A stretch of 53,677 nt of DNA from Trichodelitschia bisporula (lineage: Eukaryota), in the NCBI GenBank assembly GCA_010356995.1, contig ML996701.1, positions 248,001 to 301,677 on the forward strand, in the 5' to 3' direction. Shown here one piece after another: positions 11,606-23,580 of the stretch. A program made the translations under genes and the position numbers. Below the pieces are notes generated by a model. The model made no database searches, had not been told where the DNA came from, and was given only the letters and a program-made list of their open reading frames with translations. Within the stretch, counting starts at the first letter, position 1; every line of letters starts with the position of its first letter.

Positions 11606-13517
11606 CTGGACTTTGACGCCCGCGTCCCGATCCCCTTCAGTGTCTTCCCGTCCTCGTATCGGAGTGACGCTGTCACAGCGGAAACCACCAAAGTCAAGGT
11701 AGAGGGTGAAGTCAACCTACCTGATCAGACTTCGCGCGTCGGACGGGAAGGTCACGAAGCCCGCTACACCTCCATCTCAACCGAAAGAGAAGGCCGTCGC
11801 GTCGAAGAGACTGTCCGGTACGAAGAGGAGCGTTCTCAGCAGCAGCAATATCCTCCACGTGAGGAGTATCCCCAGCATCTGCACAGCGAAGAGAAGCTCC
11901 GCATCCGCACACACCAGCCAGACGCTCTCTACGATCAAGCTCAATACCAACCGCGGGAGGAACACACTTCCCGCGTAGAGATCAGCAGAGGAGAACGGTA
12001 AGTCAGCACCAAGACAGCTCAACTCAGCTCCGAGACAACTCCCCCCTAAGCACCTCCCCCACCTCACGCGCTTGTTTCTCCACTTTCTCCACTTCACGCG
12101 CTACTGTTTACCCACCCGTACCCCCCCTGTCCTACCCCCAGACACCTCCCAACCCCCCCAATTCCCACTTGTGGACCTTGTTTTGTTTTGTTTTGCTTCA
12201 TCTTTTCCTTTTCCAATAGCCGCCCCTTTTGGTTCGGTCCTTGGCATTGACCATCCATCACCTTGGACCGCGTCGTGGCTTGTGTGTTGTCCTGGCGACC
12301 AGACACAAATTTTTCCTTGCCCTCTTTTTATCCCTATTCCCCCGTCTGTTCTTCCACTCTTGACTTGAGCCTCACTAACCATCCTCGTCAATTCCTACAG
12401 CTACCGAGAACCCTTCCGTCGGTACGCCGAAGCTCAGATCGACGTTCCGGACAAGACATACGGGTCATCCTTTGATAAGACCCTCGACATCAACGAGCGC
12501 CGCCTTCGTGCAGACACCCGCCCCATCGTTCCTGAGAGCCGCTTCGGTCCCTCAGCCTCTTACCAAGCCCAGGACTCCTACCCCCAGTACGGTGGTCCCA
12601 CCTCTGACTACCCTGTCCAAGCCTCATCCGAGGTCCGTGTCAACAAGTCTTTCGTCTCCGGCTCCACCATCGACCCACCCCGTCGTTCCCAACCGGAGTA
12701 CAGCGTCGAACAGACCGCTTCTTACTCCACCGTTGACCCACCCCGCTACCCACGCGAGGAAGTTCGAGTAGAAAGGACTGCTCGGACCACTGTTGACGCA
12801 CCGAAGAAGTTCAAGCGGGACATGGGATATTACGACGACGACGGTCACTACCACTCGTTCCGTCGTGGTGTCCAGCGTGTTGCAGAGCACATTCGTCACC
12901 CCATTCACGGTCCTCATCACCACCACGACAAGCACGTCGAGGAGGTAGTCGTCAAGAACACCGACGTCCAGATTCCTGCTTCTCGCCCCTCAGGCGGCTA
13001 TACTCCCTCCAGCGGCTATACTCCTTCCAGCTCTCAAGGCCCCTCTTCCTCAATGAACAAGAAGATGCTTCCCAACACCATCACCATCCCGTGCCACCAC
13101 ATCCGCATTGGCGATCTCCTGATTCTGCAGGGTCGCCCTTGCCAGGTCATCCGCATCACGACGTCGTCGCAGACTGGCCAGCACCGCTACCTCGGTGTTG
13201 ATCTGTTCACCAAGCAGCTGCACGAGGAGTCGAGCTTCATCTCGTCCCCTTCGCCGTCGGTGGTTGTCCAGAACATGCTGGGTCCTATCTTCAAACAGTA
13301 CCGTGTTCTGGACATCCGTGATGATGGTCGCGTCGTCGCCATGACCGACACTGGCGATGTCAAGCAGGGCCTTCAGATCCTCGACCAGAGCGACTTGCTC
13401 GCTCGCCTCACGGAGTCCTTCGACAATGGCCGTGGCAGCGTTCGCGTCCTCGTCATCTCCGATGAGGGCCGCGAGCTTGCTGTTGACTTCAAGGTTGTGC
13501 ACGGCTGCCGGTTGTAA
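11606..13517 (+). CDS. hex-1: Putative long HEX-1 isoform (about 502 aa): exons 11606-11997 and 12401-13517, proposed CUG start
   Basis: Manual translation gives a stop-free frame LDFDARVPIPFSVFPSSYRSDA...SRGE|RYREPF...KKFKRD-MGYY. Intron 11998-12400 (GTAAGT..CTAAC..CAG) joins the exons in phase. Upstream in-frame TGA at 11546. No ATG is available. Confidence 0.65.
12822..13517 (+). CDS. hex-1: Woronin body major protein HEX-1 (eIF5A-like fold), AUG-initiated short form
   Basis: 'MGYYDDDGHYHSFRRG', His-rich linker, 'TITIPCHHIRIGDLLILQGRPCQVIRI..GQHRYLGVDLFTKQLHEESSF..GPIFKQYRVLD', and PTS1-type end 'HGCRL'. Confidence 0.97.
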   Translation: MGYYDDDGHYHSFRRGVQRVAEHIRHPIHGPHHHHDKHVEEVVVKNTDVQIPASRPSGGYTPSSGYTPSSSQGPSSSMNKKMLPNTITIPCHHIRIGDLLILQGRPCQVIRITTSSQTGQHRYLGVDLFTKQLHEESSFISSPSPSVVVQNMLGPIFKQYRVLDIRDDGRVVAMTDTGDVKQGLQILDQSDLLARLTESFDNGRGSVRVLVISDEGRELAVDFKVVHGCRL

Positions 13518-14179
13518 ATCTGCTTTCAGGTATGGCGCTTCTGTCGATGATATTTCTTGATGCTAATCAATGTTCAGCATCATGATTTCACGGTCAATGT
13601 GTTTCAAGCTGATGACTACGTCGCTGCTTGGTTCGCATCCGCTCAGAATGTGTTCATAAAACCTTTCCGCTTTTGTTTTGTTTAGTGCTGCATTTAGACG
13701 ACGTCTGGAGGAGCCGCATCTCAGTGCAGTAAATGTTGGTTGGGATCTTCTCTGTAATGACAAGAGGGCGAGTCTACCACTTGGTCTCGGTGCTTCTTGG
13801 CCTTCCTGGATCTCAGTTTGGAGTTACAGTTAGTCAAGTATGTACTTGGGTCATGGGGTCGGTGTTGGTATTGTGTGTGCATAGTTAATGCGATGTTGTT
13901 TCGTTAACCTCTTGGCTCTCGCTTGATCTCATGTGATGTGACGTTTGATGTCCCTGCCCTCCCTGGCCCTGCCCTCCCTGGTCGAAGCTTAAATCTCACA
14001 ACGCGGTGCGTTATCCCCGCATCACTCCGGGTACCATTCCCGCCTTGATGGCGCTCCAAGCCTAGGCTTTTTAAGCCCATAAAGCTCGAGCTTTCGACCT
14101 CTGTTCAGAGTCCCACATGTCTTCTCACGATATACTTCAGTCCTGAAAGTGACATTATAGTAGGAACCTATTATTGACC

Positions 14180-15324
14180 ATGGCCGTCGACGATTCCTCC
14201 AATATCCCGCCCTTCCCAGCTCACGTCCCCACGGCCCCCCTCCTCCGCATTTCTCTATCCAAACTGCTGGCAGCCGACCCGACTGAAGTCGATCGCCTCT
14301 GGACCGCCTCGTGCAACCTAGGCTTCTTCTACTTAGACCTATCCACCCCTCCCTCAGTCGCCATCAACGGTGGAGCCCTCCTCTCCGACGCTTCGGCGCT
14401 CTTCTCCCTCGCCTCATCCCTCTTTGCCCTCCCGACCTTGGAAAAGGCAAAGTACGACATGGCCGCTGAGGGGAGCTACTTCGGATACAAGGGCTACGGG
14501 GCGGGCATAATCGACGCAGCAGGCACGCCAGACCGGAACGAGTTCTACAATGTAAACTCCCCCGGCCCCCCAGCTACCCTCGCTCCTTCCTCACTTACCC
14601 ACACCAGGTCTCAAAAGACGACATCCTCGGCCTATCCTTGCCCCTCCGCGCCCCAGACCTCCTCACCCCGCATCGGCCACTCTTCACATCGTTCATCCAC
14701 GCTGCGCACTCCCTCACGCTCCTCGTGCTCGATATCCTGAATATGAAGCTCCAACTTCCACCCGGCACGCTGACGACCCTACACGCCCTCGACAAGCCCT
14801 CGGGCGACCAGGTGCGCATGATCAAGGCGCCGCCGCAGCCGCCGCAGGATCAGCGGACGGTGCTTGGGGCGCATACCGATTTTGGCAGCGTGACTGTGTT
14901 GTTTAACCGCGTGGGTGGGCTTCAGGTTCAGCTGCCTGAGGGAGTGAAAGCGGAAGGTGAGGAGACGGAGGATGGGTGGGCGTATGTCCGTCCGTTGCCT
15001 GAACATGCGGTTATTAACCTCGGCGATGCGCTGGTCAAGTTTTCGGCGGGAGTGCTGAGGAGTAATATTCACAGGGTGGTGAGTCCGCCGGGGGAGCAGG
15101 CGGGGGTGACGAGGTATAGTGTTGTGTATTTTTCGAGGCCGGGGGATGAGGTTGTGCTTAGGCCGCTGAAGGAGAGTCCGGTTGTTAGGGGAAGGGTTGG
15201 CGATGGAGAGGAGGAGGAGGAGGTTAGTTCTAAGGAGTGGGTGCTCAGGAGAGCGCTGGGGAGGAGGGGGGTTGGGAGGTGGGAGGATAGTAAGGGGACG
15301 GAGGGGGAAAGAGTGAAGGCGTAG
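14180..15324 (+). CDS. 2-oxoglutarate/Fe(II)-dependent oxygenase (DIOX_N + 2OG-FeII_Oxy); intron 14552-14607
   Basis: 'ASCNLGFFYL', 'DRNEFYN|VSKDDI', HxD 'GAHTDFGSVTVLFN', distal His 'SNIHRV', RxS 'RYSVVYF'. Confidence 0.9.
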
Positions 15325-17779
15325 CTTGGAGTTGGGACTTAGGGTGTGACGGCGAAAGCGTGAGTGATGCGGGTAGAGAGCGCGAAGTCGAAGGCACAGT
15401 TTGGGGTAGGGCGGAGGGCGCAAGGCTGAGAATGGACGGTTGGAACTCTGAATGAAGGGTACGAGGCTGATGTATCGATCTGCGGGCAGGGCGAGGCTCA
15501 GGGCGTAGGACGCGTGTGGGTCGGCGGCGATGGAGAACGCGAGGCTTGACATTGGCGAGCTCGCATTTGTCGTTATCTCCGATCTACAATCGAGAATGCA
15601 GGGCTGAGGATGCGAGCGATTTTGGATCTACCGGATCGTGGAGGTGTTTGATTGCTTGAGTGCGCAGCATGAACATCGGCTTATCGGGGAGACAGGTGCG
15701 CAGGGCGAGTTGAAGTGGCGAAGGTGGAGAAGTGATGCTTTACATGTAAGGTCGGACGTCATTTCACCGGGCAATAAATATGGAGACGGTAGTGCAGGTA
15801 CAAGTAGTGGAACGGTGCACCTGTGCCCGAGCTGTTGAGGTTGAGTATGAACGCGTTGACTTGCAGTCCGCTGAGCATTCTGCAGCCCGGGATGACGACG
15901 AACTCCTGCAGGCGACCGCCGAGTGCGATAGCGCGGCATACGGACGACGTGGCTAAGGGTGATGTCGGGCTCATCCTGGGAGACCATGCCGACTAGCGGA
16001 TTTCAAGAATGCGACTGCGCGATTGAGGCCGCGACGCCCTGGTATCGCGATACGCTGTGGCCGGTTTCCAGCATTCGGTGCGTGGCACTGCTTTCTGCCC
16101 TTCGGGTGCTTCTTTCCACGACAGACGGCATGTTTGATATCCATCCCGTTCCTTGCTGGTTTCGGGCTCAGCCTGTGGTGTTGTCGGCGACGCTCGGCTT
16201 GGGCGTCCCGCGCTCAACGGCTTTGATAGACGTCATTGGGACTGTGCTTATGGCCGAGCTTTCGAGCCGCAATTCGTGGCACCCCCGGAGGCGAGATTCT
16301 GGACTAGGATCGGGTATTTGCAGCGGATATTCCCAGGACGAGATCGTACGACACTCGGGTACTCTCGCCGATCAGAGGGCCAGTTGGTCTTGGACGACGA
16401 CAGACGATGGCGAAGACATGGGCGCTTTGGGCATCTGCACTTGGACGGGCCGGTGAGGAGCGGACTCGGCAATTATCGGCAGTTATTTGACGGTTTGGAT
16501 AGCCAAATGCGAAGCTGGGGAAGATATCAAAGCTCAGGATACGATGTTTGAAGACTGGGTCACACCTAGGGTAGAAGTGAAGCGGAGATAGGTCCGGAAA
16601 TGGTGATCCCGTCTCACCGGCTCCCTTTGGGCATTAACTGTTTGTCGATGATTTGACACGCTGGCAACTTCGCCACTGGCTCACCGCACAACTGGGGGGG
16701 AGACGAGGCTGAGACGAGTGGTGAAGCCGCTGAGCCGTGAGGCTGCAACGAAGCGTGCAATGACGTCGCGTATTTCGTCCTTCTCCGCAGGGTGTATAGC
16801 ATCACGTGAATCGTGAAGCCTCGAAGCCCCGCCATTCTCCCCACTTCAGGCACTGACTCCCAAATCCCACACTACCTACAGTATCGCCATCATCCTGTTT
16901 TGCCTTTGCCATTTTGCGTCTTTGCTCTGGTCTACATCTTCTTCCTTCTCTTCTATCCCGCCGCATCGCATCACATAGCATAGCATACTGCCGTGCTGCG
17001 CTCCCTTCACGTCACCCTTCATTCTCGTCGAGCTGCCGTGTGATCGTGTGGTGGTTCTCTTGTCTGCCACGCTATTCGCAAAGATCGTCGGTGTGCGTCA
17101 AAAAACTCCACTCCGGTTTGCTGCCCAAAGGATAATTTTGGCCCCTTTTCCTGCTTCCCCAGCCGATCCTGGTCGTGTGCTGCTGCTAGTTGTCTAGTTG
17201 TCACCACTCAGCAACTGAGCAACCCCAACTCGCAGCCGTTACGACGCCCAATATTCACCACTCCTGCTTTTTTTGCCTTGCTGCAAGCACGTAAACCTCT
17301 TTGCCTGCAGAGCGCACCCCCCGCCAATACCCCTCACGCCCCTTCCTCCACCGCGCCCTTCAACCTCGTCATCTTCTGGCCTCCTCTGCACCTTACCCGA
17401 CATACTTCTTCTTGCATTTGAGCCTTCCTCTGTTGTATCTCCCGCCTTCCCGTGTGTAAGCGGAAGACACACCGATCGCCAGTGCCTATCCCGTTCCTGG
17501 TGCAAACAGTCTCGCGACGGAGCTTCCGGTGAGTTGTCCCCGAATGTGCATATCATGGCCCTCACTCCGCTCCCTACGATGCCCAGCGGGCCTCATCTCA
17601 CCTCACAAGAACACGTTGGGCTAACTTCTTTCACCATGACTACCAGCCGTCTCAAGAGTTACCACGCTACTTCGCCTCACTTTTCGGGCAAGCGGACTCT
17701 CGCCCAGCTCAGAGCGAGCGCTGCCATCTCCTGCCACACTTGTACGGGTAGCTTCGCCGCTGCAACAATCCCTCTCAAG

Positions 17780-19896
17780 ATGGACTCGAGACACTACCGC
17801 TCCTCATCACCTGGAAGCCGGAAGTTGGCCATACCCGGGCGCTCGTCGACGGGTGGCTTTGGACCTGCATATGACCCCTACTACACATCCTCATACTCTC
17901 GCAGCCCTGTAGACGACTATGCGACCCCGCGCTCAGCTGTATTAGAGCGGGGAAGCGGCCTCATGCCTCTCCCGAGCAACCTTCATGTCCCTCCTCCTTC
18001 GAGCAGCATCAGATCAGCGAGCACCAGCAGATCAGCTTCGACGGACATTTACTCTGGCCGCCCGCGACGATCTACCCTGACTGGTGCTGACGGGCGATCT
18101 CGAGTGCCCGCGGCTGTGCCCGGTCGGCCTTCCAGTCCCCTTGCCAGGACATATGTCGAACCGATCAAAGGGTCAAGCTCCGGTGGGCGTGGTCACCGGA
18201 AGGTGTACAGCATCGACGATGGAAAGACCGCTCGGCTGATCGAGGATCGAGACCTTGACCCCCGCAGCAGCCGTAGCTATGTACCATCGGACCGTGACCG
18301 TGATTATGGCAGAGCTCCATATCGCCCGCCTCCTCCACCCGTCCGGTCGGAGGTGGACGAAACCGGGTACTCGTACACCGACCCCGCAGCAATGTACAAA
18401 GACACCGAGCCGCGTTGGCGGGCTCCTCAAGGAAGCCTGGATGGGAGTTCGCGGCGGCGTCCCACGAGCGTTATTGACCCCTACGGCCCCAACCCTCGGT
18501 CCTCAGCCCGCGAGTTAGGTCCGCCTCCCACCACGCGCGGCTTTGACAAAATCCCCGACATTTCCCGTGCCCCCGGCCATCATTACGAGCCTTCAGGGAA
18601 CCGCAAGGGCAGCTACGATACCTACCGGAACGGCGAGCCCTACGATCTTCCCGTGCGCTCCTCCGCCGCTCCTCGTGCATCTGTGCCTCCACCCCGCGAA
18701 CACTACGACCCCCGCGATGCGCGGGACACCCGGCCGCCAACGCGCCAGTTCACGGACGACGCCGTGCAGCAGCGCGGCTTCGGCATCCGACCAGACCTCT
18801 TCGTGCCTCCGGCGGACGCTCCTCTGCCTCCACCTCCGCCGCGATCGACGGCCACGGCACCTCCCTCGACAATGGTTCCGTACGTCAGCGACACGCCAGT
18901 CGACATCCCTAACCCAAATGACTACCTCCCTCACGTTGCCGGGGATGACCGTCGGCACGACGACCGCCACGAGCGTGACTATGACCGCGTGCGCGAGCGT
19001 GAGCTTGAACGTGGTCTCGACGTGGATCGTGAGCCCGCCCACCGGGAGCACCGCGGCAGCGATGCGAAGCGCGACCGCGAGCGTGCGTACGAGGATGAGC
19101 GCGAGCGCGGGTCCGACCGTAAGGACAAGGCTGAGATCGATCCGGATGAAGACTACAGGCGCCGGGTGCGGCAACAGGAGCTGGAGCTTGCGCGACGGTC
19201 CGACGAGCCTGATGCGGAGCGCGAAGTGCGCCATCGCGAGCGCGGTCCACGTGAGAGCGATGAATTTGAGTGGCATGAGCGTGAGCGGCCGATTGTTGCT
19301 CAGGAGCTGGTGCACGAGCCGGATGAGATTGTCAAGTTTGAGGAGAAGGTGCCTGAGAAGAGCGAAACCCGCGTTCGAATCGTTGAGCCGCCGAAGACGG
19401 ACACTGCGTCACCTGACCCGCCGCTTAAGGGTATCCTCCGCAAGCCGACGGAGAAGTTCCCTGAGCATCCGGACCCCATTCGCGAGGGGGTTGCGCCGCT
19501 CAAGGATGCAAAGAAGAGTAAGGATATTCCTAAGGATGCCAGGTGGACGAAGGTTGATCGGCGCCTGGTCAACCCCGACGCGCTGAGGGAGAAGGGGGAG
19601 CGGTTTGAGGAGAGACTTGATTGTGTCATTGTTCTCCGGGTGTTGACGAAGGAGGAGATTCAGAAGTTTGCCGATCGGACAAGGGAGATCAGAGGTATGT
19701 TACTTCCGACTGTGCGGTTTTGTGGGTGTAGCTGATCAACGTAGCTGAGCGATACGATCGTGAGAACCGCGAGCATAGGCATCGCCGTCGGCATCATGAC
19801 GATGATGACGACGAGCGGGATCGCAGGCATCGGCATGATTACAGCAGTGACGAAGAGGGGGATAGACGGCACAGGCGTAGCCGGGACGATGATTAA
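17780..19896 (+). CDS. Conserved fungal hypothetical protein, mostly disordered (R/S/P/D-rich) with a conserved C-terminal domain (DUF8035-like); intron 19695-19744; probable 5'UTR intron 17529-17646
   Basis: Long ORF. The block 'KGILRKPTEKFPE.P..IREGVAPLK..DARWTKVDRRLVNPDAL..ERFEERLDCVIVLRVLTKEEIQ' is a recurring Pezizomycotina motif (recalled). GTATGT..CTGAT..TAG intron leads to a short R/D/H-rich last exon. Confidence 0.75.
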
Positions 19897-21055
19897 GAGT
19901 CAGGAGCATTTCTGGCAATGGCGTTCACCGGTCTGGGCCCGTTTGAGTCATGAGGGGGTGTTAGGGGTAGAGCAAGAGTGGCCTGCTGGAGTTGGTCGGA
20001 GCTGATGATCACTATGAAGCATGGAGCAGGACGTGCATGGCCTACGATGTCTACCTAAGAACGTTGCTAGCATAATTAATTTGTGATATGTCGATGGCTT
20101 CATGCGTTGCTTGCTCGAGATCCGGCAGTCCGTGGTACTGGATATTGAAAGGATATCGCGTAATGACTGACCCTCCGAACTTGTCGTAGCTGGCTACGCG
20201 GTCCTCAGCGAGGCCGAGTATTGAATATGCTAGTGTCAAGTCACAAACGCCTCCGCGATATCTCAGGGGACAGCGAGCTTGTCGCCACTGACACCAAGTG
20301 ATGTTGTTCACGAGGTGATTGGCTTTGTAGGTGGCTCCAGTCTCGGAAGCTCAAGAACGATTGGGAAGGAGGAGATACAATGGGCGTCGTCGAATCAGCG
20401 TAGATAACATCGGCCACAAAACGAGCTATCACAGCAAAGGCACGCTTCTTCTTCCCCCTCCCGGACAAGCCGAGTCGGACGATGAAAAAGATATGTTCGT
20501 GTCAGCTCCAGGAAGTGCAATAGGAGCGACACAGTGCCACCTGACCATGTGCAAGCACAGAGGCCGACTGGCGGATGGTCAAAGATTGGATTAATCTTGA
20601 AGTTGACTCCGTAGAGTCGTTTCATAGATTAAGCCGAGAATGAACATCTGGAAATCGGCACATGCGGCCTAAACGAAGGACACATAAGTATCCTTATGGG
20701 TCCTTTGTAAAGCCTCGTGCGACGATTTCCAGATGTTCATTCAAGGCCTTAGAAGTTCTCCGATGGTACCCGTAGGGCAAAGGACAAAACAACGTATTCT
20801 TCAGCCAGGCACGTGCTTCGTCCTAGGCGAAGAAAACTGGGGGAAAGAAGAAGAGGGTTCGAAGTGGGGGAAGAGCAAGATTTATATCCTAGGGCGTATT
20901 TGCCAACTCATCACCAGCCCAATCAGGAAAGACAGCATATGCACTTCGTTACCCGCCTATCAAGATCAGACAGCAAACCAGTCGATAAGACGTGCAGCTA
21001 CCAAATGAAATGCCTATCCAGATTCAAAAGTAAACCTCAAAGTGCGTCCTCAAGC

Positions 21056-22854
21056 TCAAAGGCCATACTCCTTGATCAATTTATCGCCAGCAGTCAACCC
21101 AATCAAGTACGCAGTCGTCTGCGTGTGGTTACTAGCACCCATTAGCCAACACCACCAAACCCCAACCAGGACACTTACTTCGGAATAATCGAAAAGATAC
21201 TCATATCCGCGACCCTCAATCCCTCCAGTCCAAACACCCTCAAACTCGCATCTACCACCGCCCCCTCCCCCTCTTGTCTCCCCATCTTCGCCGTCCCAGT
21301 CATATGCCACGAACTCGCCCCCCTCTCCCTCCAAAAACTCAATATATCCTCCTCCTCCTCCGACTTCGGGACCTGAAACGCCCCCTCCACCTCGGCCCCA
21401 AACTCCTTACTCCCTGCCACGCGGAGCACCTCCCTCGTCGCCTCCACAGCAACCCTCTTGTCAAACGGATGAGTGAATGTGCACGGATCGAACGTAAGCG
21501 GTACGCCCGGGTCAGCGCTGTGCAACTCCACCCGCCCCACGCTCTGCGTGTTCAGGATGAACACGGACACGACATCCAAGTCCGGGACATTTGCGGGGTC
21601 AGTAAACGTCTCGAACGGCGGTGCATCGAAAATGACCTCGTATGCCGGCACCCCCGGTGCTTGAAGCCTCTCGCAGACCGCAGGCTCCAGGGCCGCGAAC
21701 TCGGGACTCCCCTCCACGCCCGCGCTCTTGAAATACCCAAACCCCATAGTGGTAAGGTAGTCAGCCAACGGGCCGCTGCGATCCTTCTTCCACTGCTCCA
21801 CCGCCGCCGCCCTGTTCCCAGCATCCCTGAAGTACTCGGTCCGCGCGCTTGTGCCCTTGCGTTTCCAGGTCAGCGGAACGAAGAACCGGTCCCTCAAACC
21901 CTGCCCCACGGCGGGGGTGTCCCGCACCAGCGGGATGCCGAACTGTGCCAGTTGCGAGGCCGGGCCAATTCCGCTGTGCAGCAGGATGCGCGGTGTGTCC
22001 AGGCTGCCGGCGGACAGGATCACGTCTTTGCTCGCGTTGTAGGTGGTGCCGGAGAGGAGGGACACGCCTGTTGCGCGTGTACCCTCGAAAGTCACACGGG
22101 CGACGTGTGCGTCCGTGACCACGGTAAGATTGGCAGGTGCGTTGGTGAGGAGGTCAGCGGCCGTAGACCGCAGACCCTGGTGCGCGGTCGAGGGGGAGGG
22201 GAATACACCGAGCGGGTTCCCGAGCCCCGGGTCAAGATTGAGCGGGTACCCGTTTGCCTCCCATACATCCATGAGGCGGGTCAAGTTAGCGGGCCAGACG
22301 CGCGGGTAGCCAATGTGCAGCGGCCCGCTGTTGCCGTGCTTCGAGGCGTCCGGGGCGATGTATTTCCCCGCGTTAGGTGGAAGGTCGGCCGGGTCCGCGT
22401 GGAAGGATTCAAGACGCTGGAAGCGTGGGAGCGATGAGGACCAGGACCATTCTTCATCGCCGGTTAGGTGGGCGACGTGGTCCATGTCGGCCGCGGGACC
22501 AACACTACCGTCATCAGCACGCTCGTCAAACGAGGAAGGACAGAAGAGGGCGAAATACTTCCAAGCAGAAAAATTCACCGCGCTGCTGCCCCCCAGGCCC
22601 TTGCCACGGTCATACGCGAGGACACGGTTATTCAGCCCCTCCTGCGGGACGGTCTCATACCCCCATGCGCGGGCCGGGTCGATGCGGTGCACCCATCTGT
22701 CGCCGTCGATGCGGGCTTCAACCTCAGGGGCGGGACCGCCGGCTTCGAGGAGGAGCACCGAGGGGTGGGAGGGGCTGGAGGCGAGGGTACTGGCGAGGGC
22801 ACAGCCCGCTGGGCCGGCGCCGACGATGATGAAGTCGTACGTTGGGGGGGGCAT
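21056..22854 (-). CDS. GMC (glucose-methanol-choline) FAD oxidoreductase; introns 22505-22558 and 21132-21178
   Basis: 'YDFIIVGAGPAG', 'RGKGLGGSSAVN', 'ILSAGSLDTPRILLHSGIG', 'WHMTGT', 'GLRVADMS..PN|NHTQ'. No signal peptide. Confidence 0.92.
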
Positions 22855-23580
22855 TTGTGCTGTTGTTGTTGGTGTTGGTGTTGGTGTTGAGGCTATGATA
22901 TTGCTGTGGTGAGTTGCTGTGATGTAGCAAGTCGACGCATCAATTGCTCCTTCTTATATACCACGACTGCACCGTAACACCCCCCCGCGTAGACCCCACC
23001 TTTTGTGCAAAAGCGGTGTCACGAACCACAACCCCACCGCCCGGGCCTTACCAAGCCTTGCGCGTGCTGACATTAAGAAACGGCACGCCGGATGGCGAAG
23101 CAGCGATGCTGGCCATTCGACTCACATCGGCGACCTTCCTCGCCGTCTTCTCCGCGGGGGTGAAAACCCAAATCCCAGGTTTGAGGTCATTTCCATGACG
23201 AGAGAGAATATCGCACTTCCCGAAAAGGCAAGCAATGCCCCATGACATAAGCAGCCGCCGGCAACCGCGGATACGAGATGCATCTTACCGCCCACAAGCG
23301 CCCAGATCTTGGTTGGGCCGTTTTTCGACCGGGACGAGACAATCAGCTTCGCAAAGCATGCTGGGCATCCGGTGAGTCTGGATCGGCTTCTGGAGACTGC
23401 AGGCCAAGGCACATGGCACGCAGTGCATCATGAATGGTCGACTTCGTGAAACCCAAGACTGCCGACCCCCCTTGCCGGAGGGTCGCACAAATGCCATTCA
23501 ACTATCAACCAAGAACCCAAGAAAACGCTGCTTATGGTCAGCCTCGTCGATACAACAGCGGCGCCAAGGAACATACCAAG

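Noticed and set aside
12840..12995. Alternative intron after MGYYDDD, as reported for hex-1 in other fungi
   Set aside because: The donor here would be a weak GTCACT and I see no clear branch site before the candidate CAG, so it is not supportable from sequence alone.
15400..17200. ORFs of 60-165 aa on both strands
   Set aside because: None resembles a known family and no coherent gene model could be built.
17273..17779. 169-codon N-terminal extension of the 820-aa ORF from a TTG start
   Set aside because: It spans a likely 118-nt 5'UTR intron (GTGAGT 17529..GCTAAC..CAG 17646) and has UTR-like composition. ATG 17780 is the more plausible start.
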